A stretch of DNA of 64,000 nt from an uncultured Gemmatimonadaceae bacterium (GTDB taxonomy: Bacteria; Gemmatimonadota; Gemmatimonadetes; Gemmatimonadales; Gemmatimonadaceae). Below the pieces are notes generated by a model that saw only the letters and a list, made by a program, of their open reading frames with translations, was not told the DNA's origin and did not search any database. Positions 1 through 8,197 of this stretch are shown here, piece by piece; the first letter of the stretch is position 1; every line of letters starts with the position of its first letter. Position numbers and translations under genes: made by a program. The stretch lies in contig CAVXGK010000002.1 in assembly GCA_963761305.1 (NCBI GenBank), positions 1,152,001 through 1,216,000 of the forward strand, written 5' to 3'.

Positions 1-2
1 CC

Positions 3-701
3 GGATATCGGAGCGTGGTCACCCGCTTTCCTGACCAAGGGTTGGCGATCGCCATCGAATGCAACGGGGCGACGGCGAACACCACCGCCCTCTCGCACGG
101 CGTCGCCGACATCTACCTCGGGAGCGCACTCCCGGCAGTCCAACAGGCCGGCATGCCCGTCGCCGCTCCGGTCTCGCCGGACGTGCTTCGGCGTCGCGCG
201 GGAGCCTACATCCAGCCGAATACGATGGCGATCCTCGAAATGTCGATCCAAAATGGCAATCTGATCGCCGGGCGCGCGGCCGGGCAGATCCTCGTGCCGA
301 CGTCCGATCGAGCGATGCGAGTCCCCCGCTCGACCACGGAGTTCACCTTCACCGATGGCGATCGACCGGCGCTGGACGTCGTCGACGCCGGCCAGCGCCC
401 GGTCCACTTCGAGCGTTGGGCACCCGCCGTCGTCACTCCGACGGCGCTCGCGGCGTACGCGGGCGATTACTACAGCGAGGACCTCGACGCGCGCTATAAG
501 GTCATCGCCAGCGACTCGACGATCACGCTTCGCACGGGAACCGAGTCCGGCATACCGGCTCGACCCGTGTTCGCCGACGTCTTTGTTGCCGGGGGCTACA
601 CGATTCAGTTTGCGCGCAAGGGATCGGCGGTGACGGGCTTTGACGTAACCGATGGCCGGATGCGCCACGTGCGATTCGTGCGGCAGGCGGCGCGTCCCTG
701 A
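3..701 (+). CDS. Serine hydrolase (beta-lactamase family), C-terminal part; 5' end outside the window
   Basis: Frame is open from the window edge: GYRSVVTRFPDQGLAIAIECN matches the end of the beta-lactamase-like domain. It is followed by C-terminal beta domains (AYAGDYYSEDLDARY). Confidence 0.75.
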   Translation, partial: GYRSVVTRFPDQGLAIAIECNGATANTTALSHGVADIYLGSALPAVQQAGMPVAAPVSPDVLRRRAGAYIQPNTMAILEMSIQNGNLIAGRAAGQILVPTSDRAMRVPRSTTEFTFTDGDRPALDVVDAGQRPVHFERWAPAVVTPTALAAYAGDYYSEDLDARYKVIASDSTITLRTGTESGIPARPVFADVFVAGGYTIQFARKGSAVTGFDVTDGRMRHVRFVRQAARP

Positions 702-705
702 ACCG

Positions 706-810
706 TCGCTTGGCGCCCGCAGTACCGCTCTCGATATTCCGCCCTCCGAAGTCCGTTTTGACCCGATCTGACGCCGCGACGCCTCGCGGCCTTTCCCATC
801 TCGCCTGATG
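706..810 (+). repeat. Copy 1 of a ~105-bp promoter/5'-leader element (copy 2 at 11427-11533)
   Basis: TCGCTTGGCGCCCG...ATATTCCGCCCTCCGA...GATCTGACGCCGCGACGCC...CCCATCTCGCCTGATG aligns with 11427-11533 at roughly 80-85% identity by eye. Contains TTGGCG-N17-GATATT. Confidence 0.85.
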
Positions 811-1101
811 GACGTTGCAGCAGCGTCTGGAGCTCTGCATCGAGGCGAGATGGGCGCTGGGCGCAGGGTTGTTTTCTCCGGCCGACATCCTGGCGCTGAA
901 TGAGATTGCCGCCTAGACGCCCCACGAGCGGCAAGCACTGCTTGGTCTGGCTGATGCCATCGAGGAGCAGGTGCGCCGCGCGTGACGTTGGCTGTGGCCC
1001 GGCGGGTGGCCCGTTGTGCCGCGTCGCACGCGGTGACCAAGGGACCATCTACTACGGTTCAGCAAACAGCGTCCAGCAACCCTCAATTTCTGGAGGACAG
1101 G

Positions 1102-1494
1102 GTGAACCTGTTTCGTTCGCATTGTGCGTGGAGATTTGTGCTGATGGGCTCCGTGGCTGCCTGCAACGACTCGCCTTGCGTCACATTGCCATGCCCAGAA
1201 TCGCTGGCCGCCGAAATCTCTGTCACGGCGAATAACGCTCCAACCGGGATAGCCGGGCTTACGGCGTCGACTGCGGGCAGCACCACCACCATTCCCTGCA
1301 GCCAAGGCTCGGGTCCGACCACCGTATGCTGGATCCTCGGCGGCCCTGGCGTCTACCATCTGACACTCAGCGCGCCCGGGTATCAGAGCGTCCCGCTCAA
1401 CTTTTCGGTGACGGGAACGGCTGGGGGCTGCAATTCGTGTGGGCACGCCGACACTCAGACGTTGTCGGTGGTTCTGCAACCGGGAAGTGTTTGA
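1102..1494 (+). CDS. Lipoprotein, carboxypeptidase-regulatory-like (transthyretin-like) domain, Cys-rich
   Basis: GGAGG precedes GTG 1102; lipobox VAAC; motif PGVYHLTLSAPGY. Confidence 0.65.
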   Translation: MNLFRSHCAWRFVLMGSVAACNDSPCVTLPCPESLAAEISVTANNAPTGIAGLTASTAGSTTTIPCSQGSGPTTVCWILGGPGVYHLTLSAPGYQSVPLNFSVTGTAGGCNSCGHADTQTLSVVLQPGSV

Positions 1495-1554
1495 GACGAG
1501 CGATTGCGGCTACCCTGAGCCGGAGCGTCTAGCGACATCGGCGAGGTTGAGTCT

Positions 1555-1605
1555 ATGCGGCGCATCAAATGGTTCGTGACGCTCTTGGGTCTCGGCTCTT
1601 GCTAG
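1555..1605 (+). pseudogene. Orphan lipoprotein signal-peptide remnant (MRRIKWFVTLLGLGSC*)
   Basis: GAGG precedes the ATG; basic N-region, hydrophobic core and lipobox-like LGSC, then an immediate TAG. Confidence 0.4.
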
Positions 1606-1701
1606 TCGGCTGCCAAGGTTAGCGAGATCAGCCAGGTGGAAGCCGGCGCGGCCGGACATTCATCGAAACCCGCAGGCCAATACTAACGTTAAGAGGCTCT
1701 A

Positions 1702-2094
1702 ATGTTGAGAAACCGCGCGATCATGACTTGCGGCTTGCTTGGGGCGACGTGTGGGTTGTTTGGCGCCTGCGGTTCGGATGCCACCCAGGTTCCGTGCACC
1801 CCCATCGACATCCCCGCTTTCCTTCTGACAGTGCGGGATAGTCTGACGGGTGCCGTCATTGATTCGCAAGCCACGGCCATCGCGACCATCCCGAGCAGGG
1901 GCTATGCAGATACCGTCGTGAACGTACCGAGCGATCCCCTGATGCTCGGCGAGCTACCGGGAACCTATGACCTGTCCGTTAAGAGCCCCGGTTACGCTGC
2001 GTGGTTCGATTCAAACATCGTTATAGCCGCACAGGATGCAGGCTGCCACCCGGTGACGCAGACGCTCCGTGCGAACCTCCAACAACTGCCGTAG
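1702..2094 (+). CDS. Lipoprotein, carboxypeptidase-regulatory-like domain (probable distant paralog of 1102-1494)
   Basis: Lipobox FGAC; motifs LTVRDSLTG and PGTYDLSVKSPGY; GCHPVTQTLRANLQ resembles the neighbour's C-terminus. Confidence 0.7.
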   Translation: MLRNRAIMTCGLLGATCGLFGACGSDATQVPCTPIDIPAFLLTVRDSLTGAVIDSQATAIATIPSRGYADTVVNVPSDPLMLGELPGTYDLSVKSPGYAAWFDSNIVIAAQDAGCHPVTQTLRANLQQLP

Positions 2095-2558
2095 AGCGCA
2101 CCGGAGGTCGAGTTAATGTGTCGCACAGCGCTCTTGGTCTGCCTGCCCCTCTGCATGGCAACGGCCTGCGGCATCAGCGGTCCGTCGGGCTGCGACATCT
2201 GCACGACGTGAGCCGTGGTTTACGGCACCGTGCGATCAAGCGACGGAAACGCGCTGCCGGCGGCGCGAATTACCATTGAGGCGCGCGCGCCGAGGTGTCA
2301 CGCCGACGACATTGGCTCTAACAGCGGCGCGATTGCAACGATTCGCTGGGCAATTACCGAGCTTTCGTCATCTCGGATTTTGGGCCGACCGCTGTGTGCC
2401 TCATCGTAACGTCGCCGCCGATACGGGCCACGTCGTCAGCCTAGAGAGCGACTACGCGAACCAAGGCCAGGACAGCGTGCGTGTGGATCTCGTTGTACTG
2501 GAGTTGACCCGATTTCGTGGACGCCTCACTCGCCCTAACTTCGGGGCGGAGGTGGCAC

Positions 2559-2888
2559 ATGAAGTCGAACCGGAAAGCAGGAGCAGCAGGACGGCGTGAG
2601 CGGCGCGCGTTCAGCGCCGAGTTCAAAGCCGAGGCGGTGCGGTTGATGGTGGAGCGACGGGCCGAGGGAGCGACGCTGGCGCAAGTCGGCCGCGAGCTGG
2701 ATGTCCGACCGGACCAGCTGCGGGCGTGGGCGCAGCAGCAGGCCCGTGAGGCCGGGACCGGGTCCGCGATGCCGGGCGAGACGATGGAGCAGGAGAATCG
2801 CCGGCTGCGCCGTGAGGTGGCGGTCCTGCGGCAGGAGCAAGCGTTCGCAAGAAAAGTGGCGGTGTACTTCGCGAAGGAGTCGCGTTGA
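2559..2888 (+). CDS. IS3-family transposase OrfA (HTH + leucine zipper)
   Basis: GGAGGT RBS; RRAFSAEFKAEAV HTH; ENRRLRREVAVLRQE zipper; YFAKESR end. Confidence 0.92.
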   Translation: MKSNRKAGAAGRRERRAFSAEFKAEAVRLMVERRAEGATLAQVGRELDVRPDQLRAWAQQQAREAGTGSAMPGETMEQENRRLRREVAVLRQEQAFARKVAVYFAKESR

Positions 2889-3760
2889 GGTACGCCGTGA
2901 TCACTCGCCATCGCGGCGAGTTTGAAGTGCGACTCATGTGCCGCGTGCTCGAGGTCTCGTCCTCCGGCTACTACGCCTCTCTGAAGCGACCGCCGAGTTG
3001 GCACGCGCTCGTCGATGAAGTGCTGATGGCGCACGTGCGGATCATTCATGCCGAGAGTGACGAGACGTACGGGGCGCCGCGCGTGCACCGCGAGCTGCAG
3101 GCCGAAGGGCTGCCCGCCAGCCCGAAGCGCGTCGCGCGCCTCATGCGCGAAGACGGCCTGGTCGCGCGTCCGCCCAGACGGCAGCGCGTCTCGACGACCG
3201 ATTCGAACCACGATCATCCGATCGCCCCGAATCTCGTGGCGCGGCAGTTCGACGTGAATGGCGTCGGCCTTAATCGCGTGTGGATCGCGGACATCACGCA
3301 CATCCCGACGCGACAAGGGCCGCTGTATCTCGCCACCGTCCTCGATCTCGGCTCGCGCCGCTGTGTCGGCTGGGCCATGCGCGAGACGTTGGAAGTCGAG
3401 CTCGCGCTCAGCGCGCTGCGGATGGCGCGCGAGGCGCGGTGTCCGGCGGTCGGATTGATTCACCACTCCGATCGCGGGAGTCAATACACATCGGGCGAGT
3501 ACCGCGCTGCGCTAGCGGCGCACGGCATGATTGCGAGCATGAGCGGGAAAGGCGACTGTTACGACAACGCGGTGGCCGAGAGCTTCTTCGCGACGCTCGA
3601 GTTCGAGCTGCTGATGCAGAACGATTGGCACACGCGGGAGGACGCCCGCCGCGCGATCTTCCGGTATATCGAGATCTGGTATAACCGGAAGCGGCGTCAC
3701 TCGACCCTCGGCTATGTCAGCCCGGCCGCGTACGAAGAGCAGTTATTGGAGGCGGCGTAG
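2885..3760 (+). CDS. IS3-family transposase OrfB (DDE integrase core)
   Basis: Motifs YGAPRV, WIADIT, HHSDRGSQY, DNAVAESFF, YNRKRRHSTLGY; TTGA overlap with OrfA. Confidence 0.95.
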   Translation: MRYAVITRHRGEFEVRLMCRVLEVSSSGYYASLKRPPSWHALVDEVLMAHVRIIHAESDETYGAPRVHRELQAEGLPASPKRVARLMREDGLVARPPRRQRVSTTDSNHDHPIAPNLVARQFDVNGVGLNRVWIADITHIPTRQGPLYLATVLDLGSRRCVGWAMRETLEVELALSALRMAREARCPAVGLIHHSDRGSQYTSGEYRAALAAHGMIASMSGKGDCYDNAVAESFFATLEFELLMQNDWHTREDARRAIFRYIEIWYNRKRRHSTLGYVSPAAYEEQLLEAA

Positions 3761-3944
3761 TTCCTATCACTCACGCGTCCACCAAATCGGGTGAAGTCCA
3801 TACCGCCGTTTGTTTAGCGTTCGCGCGAGGGGCGATGGCCTGTGTGCTGGCACAATTCAACCAGACTCTTGCATTTGCCTTGGGCATAGGCCGTCCGCCT
3901 CTATCGCCGTAGAGGCGGGCGATGCTAGCGTTAATCCTCTAACG

Positions 3945-4658
3945 ATGATTCCTGGGGTGGTTCCGTTGCCCGGAACGCTGGTTTCTTGTCGTGGACTGGC
4001 AATGGGGTGTTTGGCCGCAATCACCGCGGTTCTTGCGACCGTGTCGAGTTGCGCGGCGCCTGCCGAAAAGAGCATTGCCCCTCCAGATAGCTCGCTGCAG
4101 GCAGACCCGCTAATTCCCCTCGCGATCGGCACGCGGTGGACGTACGACTCGATCGACTCGGTCGAGCTTACGACCGATACCAGTCGCGATCATTCGTTCC
4201 ACCAAAAGCAGTCCTTCGCGGTCATCGCCGATACTGTTGCCGCGGATGGTTCGACTTGGGCGGTTTTGGACAGCGCATACGAAGTCATCGACGGGGGCAC
4301 CGGGATCGGCGGCCACAGCTACGTGGCCAATCGGAGCGATGGATTCTGGGATTGGTCGCTTCCACTCGGCTATCCAGCGCTTGCTTTGTTGTTTTTTGAA
4401 TTCCCGTACCCGACGAAGACCGGCACGAGCGCCAATCTCGGGGTCACCTCGGTTCTGTCAACGGACACGGTCGTCACGGTGCCCGCGGGCACATTCCATT
4501 GTTTGCTGTATCGCGAATCCGGCGACAGCGTCTTCGTGGCGCCCGGCGTCGGCGTTGTCGCGCGCCTGACCGACCGGACCAGTTACCAGTACATCTCCGG
4601 CCAGCTCGTGTATCTAGCCCGCACCTACTACGTCCTCAAATCGCTGACGGGACCGTGA
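3945..4658 (+). CDS. Hypothetical exported/lipoprotein, beta-rich
   Basis: Hydrophobic segment ending VSSC; motifs PLAIGTRWTY, VTVPAGTFHC and FVAPGVGVV. Start uncertain (3945 or 4002). Confidence 0.65.
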   Translation: MIPGVVPLPGTLVSCRGLAMGCLAAITAVLATVSSCAAPAEKSIAPPDSSLQADPLIPLAIGTRWTYDSIDSVELTTDTSRDHSFHQKQSFAVIADTVAADGSTWAVLDSAYEVIDGGTGIGGHSYVANRSDGFWDWSLPLGYPALALLFFEFPYPTKTGTSANLGVTSVLSTDTVVTVPAGTFHCLLYRESGDSVFVAPGVGVVARLTDRTSYQYISGQLVYLARTYYVLKSLTGP

Positions 4659-4920
4659 CGAGTCGTGCCGAACGGGCCGCCGTGTGACGGGGATGGAGTC
4701 GTGTGGACTGTCCTCGTGGTTTTTGCGTCCGAAATCGACACGCACGCAGTTGGATGGCGATCGCTCCCAGGCTGATCGGCGCATTGGCATCCCGATGACA
4801 GTTGTCTAACGGTCGCTCGATCGGTGGTCGCCCGTTGCTTCTGCCACGTCGAGAACGAAGCACCCCCAGTCATCTTTGGCAGTGGCGACAATCAACCATT
4901 GCGGCGACTTGAAATCGCCT

Positions 4921-5508
4921 TCAGCTCAAGTACCGATCGTAGACGCCGCGATAACCGAGCGCCTCCGCGAGTCGGCCGAGCGTTGCGCTCACCGCCAGTT
5001 GAACCGGAATCGGAATCGCCGCGTCGAAGCTCCCATGCTTCGTGAACGTTCGTGCAGTCGCCGCCAACTGCAGCGGGTTCTTCGGCAATCCGCGCTTCCC
5101 GACCCTGCCTTCCCGAGCGAGGCCGAACATGGTTGCAAACCCGCCAAGCACGTCAGTGAGCGCCTCCGGATCGGTGGCGCCAAAATCGTTGGTGTGCCGA
5201 AAGACCATTTGTTCCGACCCTGTATTCCACGGATGAACATGCGGCACACCCGGCGGCATGACGATGCTCTCTCCGCGCCTGACTCGGTGCTCCTCCGCAC
5301 CGAGCCGGCAGGTCGCTGAACCTTCCAGGATCTCGAACGTCTCCGTCCACGTCCGGTGCACGTGCGGCGGGAACGGTGTCGAGCCCTGCGGACAGTACAC
5401 CTCGGTCATCCAGCCGCGCCCCGACATCTCCTCGATGCCTTTCACGACGACGATGCGCGTCTGCGTGATTGGGTCAGTGGTCTCGAACCCCGCTTTGATC
5501 GACCGCAT
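4921..5508 (-). CDS. Cupin domain-containing protein
   Basis: Cupin motifs PPHVHRTWTETFEILEG and MPPGVPHVHPWN; GGAG precedes ATG 5508. Confidence 0.85.
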   Translation of the reverse strand: MRSIKAGFETTDPITQTRIVVVKGIEEMSGRGWMTEVYCPQGSTPFPPHVHRTWTETFEILEGSATCRLGAEEHRVRRGESIVMPPGVPHVHPWNTGSEQMVFRHTNDFGATDPEALTDVLGGFATMFGLAREGRVGKRGLPKNPLQLAATARTFTKHGSFDAAIPIPVQLAVSATLGRLAEALGYRGVYDRYLS

Positions 5509-5711
5509 CGGCCACTCCATGATTACGAGGTTCACGCTGGGACGAACCGGCTCCCTTCCCTCGTAAACGCTACGGCGTCTCACAGGATCCGCAATGCAGA
5601 ACCTGATGAACTGGAAATGGGCCTGGAGGTTGACAATGTTGGTACGCCCCCGATCGCCGCGTCCGGCGAGGATGGGAAATGTCGGATCTCCCTGCGCTTT
5701 GTCGTTCTCGT

Positions 5712-5747
5712 AGACTGGAGCTGCAATTGAGACTGGAGCTGCAATTG
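5712..5747. repeat. Perfect 18-bp tandem duplication (AGACTGGAGCTGCAATTG x2)
   Basis: Read directly; lies between the divergent cupin and RCC1 genes. Confidence 0.9.
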
Positions 5748-5797
5748 GCTGGCGGTCTCGCCCAGCGGTCACCGTGACAGGCACCGGCGGAGGCGTG

Positions 5798-7414
5798 GTG
5801 AATCCTTTCAAACGCGACGAGTCGTCTCCCCCCTCGGTGCGCGGTCGCCGTGGCCGCTGTCGGCCCCCACTTGCACTCGGCGCTGTGTGCCTGGTGATCG
5901 GCGCCGCTTGCAACGATGCGCAGCGAGCGGTCGCGCCCCCGGAAACACCGTCGTCACCGTTGTCACCAGTGGTCCCATCGCCGCAGCCCACCCCACAACC
6001 CCGGGTCGGCTCCGTAATTGTCTCACCGGCCTTGGCGCTCGTCGTCCCCGGTCAAACCGCGCAGCTCGAGGCGATCACGCGAGACTCCGCCGGACACCCG
6101 CTCACCGGACTCGCCGTCACGTGGTCGAGCGGCAATGCCGCGGTTGCGACGGTCGACCAGTCGGGTACCGTCGTCGGCGTCGCCCCAGGTTCGGCGACAA
6201 TCTCGGCCGCGAGCGGCGGAAAGACAGGAACCGCCGCGATCAGCGTGAGCCTGCTGAACCCTGTCGCGTTCGCGCCGGGAGGCTTGGCCTTGGGCGCGGG
6301 CGACAACAGCTGCGGGCTCTCGACCACGGGCGCGGCCTATTGCTGGGGAGTCCTCCAATCCGGCTCGCCGAGCCGTGGCTCGCTCGTGGAGAGCGCAACG
6401 CCCATCCCCGTCGGCGGCGGTCTCGTCTTCTCGAGGCTCACTGTGAACGGCGACGAAGAGCCGTTTGGTCTGGGGGCAGGTGACTGGGATTACACGATCC
6501 ACGCGTGCGGGCTGACAGCGAACGGAAGCGCCTTTTGCTGGGGAACGGGCTCCAGCGGCCAGTTGGGAAACGGCGCCACCTCCGACTCGCCCATCCCCGT
6601 TCCGGTTTCCGGTGGGCTGACCTTCGCGTCGCTCTCCGCCGGCGGCTGGTTCACCTGCGGCCTCACCGCCACGGGCGCCGCGTATTGCTGGGGAGACGAC
6701 GACTATGGCGAGCTGGGAGACAACGCGCCGGTGGGCGGCGGCGGTCTGAATCACAGCGTACTCGTTCCGACGCTCGTGACGGGCGGACTCGTTTTTTCGC
6801 AAGTGAGCGCGGGCTTCACCCATGTGTGCGGACTCACGCCTGCCGGCGCGGCGTATTGCTGGGGCGACGGATCGTTTGGTCAGCTCGGCAACGGCCTACA
6901 GTCGCCAGGAAGTTTTGCGTCCGGCAGCGCGACTCCCCTATTGGTGCTGGGTGGGCTCACTTTTTCCGCCATCAGCGCCGGCGACTCCTTCACCTGCGGC
7001 GTGACGACGACCGGAGCGGCGTACTGCTGGGGCGACGGACGTCAGGGTACGTTGGGCGATGGAACACTCCGCGTCAGCGCCGTGCCGGTGGCCGTCGCGG
7101 GCGGCCTCACCTTCAAGGCGATCAGCGCCGGTGTAAGTCATGTGTGCGGGCTGACGACGGGCGGGTCGGCGTACTGTTGGGGTGCGAACCTGCTTGGCGA
7201 AACCGGCAACCCCGCGTTCGCAGCCGATGTTCCGACTCCGACCGCCGTTGCGGGAGGTCTCACGTTTGCGACGATCCTGGCCGGCGACGGGCACACGTGC
7301 GGGCTCACGACCGGCGGCGTCGCCTACTGCTGGGGAGGGAATAGCTTCGGAGAGCTCGGAGATGGAACGACGACGACGCGCTCCACACCGGTCAGGGTCG
7401 TCGGCCAACCTTAG
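5798..7414 (+). CDS. Lipoprotein with BIG2 Ig-like domain and RCC1/BLIP-II repeat beta-propeller
   Basis: Lipobox GAAC; VTWSSGNAAVATVDQSG (BIG2); about seven repeats of type F..lSAG..HtCGLT..G.AYCWG....GqLG.G. Confidence 0.9.
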   Translation: MNPFKRDESSPPSVRGRRGRCRPPLALGAVCLVIGAACNDAQRAVAPPETPSSPLSPVVPSPQPTPQPRVGSVIVSPALALVVPGQTAQLEAITRDSAGHPLTGLAVTWSSGNAAVATVDQSGTVVGVAPGSATISAASGGKTGTAAISVSLLNPVAFAPGGLALGAGDNSCGLSTTGAAYCWGVLQSGSPSRGSLVESATPIPVGGGLVFSRLTVNGDEEPFGLGAGDWDYTIHACGLTANGSAFCWGTGSSGQLGNGATSDSPIPVPVSGGLTFASLSAGGWFTCGLTATGAAYCWGDDDYGELGDNAPVGGGGLNHSVLVPTLVTGGLVFSQVSAGFTHVCGLTPAGAAYCWGDGSFGQLGNGLQSPGSFASGSATPLLVLGGLTFSAISAGDSFTCGVTTTGAAYCWGDGRQGTLGDGTLRVSAVPVAVAGGLTFKAISAGVSHVCGLTTGGSAYCWGANLLGETGNPAFAADVPTPTAVAGGLTFATILAGDGHTCGLTTGGVAYCWGGNSFGELGDGTTTTRSTPVRVVGQP

Positions 7415-7434
7415 CGAACTCTGAGATCGGATCC

Positions 7435-7521
7435 ATGATCTCGACGGGGGGCGCCGGGATCGTTCACCGCGACGTCAAGCCCGAGAACAATGCGGTGAGC
7501 GTGGAGTCGGCCGTGCCGTGA
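7435..7521 (+). pseudogene. Isolated Ser/Thr kinase catalytic-loop fragment
   Basis: Translates as MISTGGAGIVHRDVKPENNAVSVESAVP*; GIVHRDVKPEN matches subdomain VIb of the neighbouring kinases. Confidence 0.7.
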
Positions 7522-7732
7522 GTTCGCTCGCTGTCTCACGAGAACGGGCGAGAGTTGGTCTGACGTCCAACCCTTCTGACTGTCTGCCGTCAGACTTCGA
7601 GCCCAAGATCGGGGCCGGAGTACCGAGACAGACCGGCACTGGCCGCGATCCCGTCGCCCTTCTCCGCCCTTCTGACAGCGTCGCGAGGTGGACCTAACGC
7701 TCACGCTCTCCTGTGCTAATGTTGGTGAGCGA

Positions 7733-8197
7733 ATGGAAACTCACTCCGTACGACGCTGGCTGAACCGCTACGGGCTCGCCGAGGCCGCCGGCATCGCCTG
7801 CGCCGTGGCCGGATCGTTGGTGGTGCGACGCATCACCGGCAACGACATCGCTGCCGCCTTCGCCGCCGCTTGGGGCGAAACCATCGGCTACTCAGCCGCC
7901 ATCGTGGGCCGCGACTTCTTGGCCGGAGTGCGGACCGCGCGCGCGACCCAGCGACCGTTCGGCGTTCGCGGCGCCGCGGGAATCGTCGCCGGTCTCCTCG
8001 CCGAATTCGGCCCGGCCGGACTGCTCGACACGTTCGTGACACGACCGTTCGCGATGGGGCTCGGCGTGCGATTCATCGGACCGAAGCTCGGCGTGCTGGC
8101 CGGCAAACTCGCCGCGGACGTTCTCTTCTATTTGCCGGTCATTTTCGTGTACGAACGAAAGAGGCGTTGGCGCCGACCGAGAATGCAGCCACGGTGA
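7733..8197 (+). CDS. Hypothetical integral membrane protein
   Basis: About four hydrophobic segments and GC3-rich codons; its TGA overlaps the next GTG (GTGA). Confidence 0.75.
   Translation: METHSVRRWLNRYGLAEAAGIACAVAGSLVVRRITGNDIAAAFAAAWGETIGYSAAIVGRDFLAGVRTARATQRPFGVRGAAGIVAGLLAEFGPAGLLDTFVTRPFAMGLGVRFIGPKLGVLAGKLAADVLFYLPVIFVYERKRRWRRPRMQPR

Larger units (their letters stand above)
2499..3800 (+). mobile_element. IS3-family insertion sequence, 1302 bp, apparently intact
   Basis: TG...CA ends. IRL TGGAGTTGACCCGATTTCGTGGACGC versus reverse-complemented IRR TGGACTTCACCCGATTTGGTGGACGC (23/26 identical). 3-bp target duplication TAC at 2496-2498 and 3801-3803. Carries OrfA and OrfB. Confidence 0.95.
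2116..3817 (+). pseudogene. Decayed lipoprotein gene (in-frame TGA, two frameshifts, IS3 inserted near the 3' end)
   Basis: GGAGG + ATG 2116: MCRTALLVCLPLCMATACGISGPSGCDICTT*AVVYGTVRSSDG... shifts frame to DSLGNYRAFV... and again to DSVRVDLV. Removing the IS and one TAC copy restores ...DLVVPPFV* (TAG 3815-3817). Confidence 0.6.

Noticed and set aside
2209..2230. Second in-frame TGA after a CxxC (CDICTT*AVVYG) with a small hairpin GCCGT-GGTTT-ACGGC, as a possible Sec codon
   Set aside because: The hairpin starts immediately after the TGA rather than about 11 nt away. The same gene has two frameshifts and an IS insertion, so ordinary decay is the simpler explanation.
6250..7410. DGR or other variable-repeat system in the RCC1 gene
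   Set aside because: The repeats are ordinary propeller blades. There is no reverse transcriptase and no adenine-specific template/variable repeat pair.
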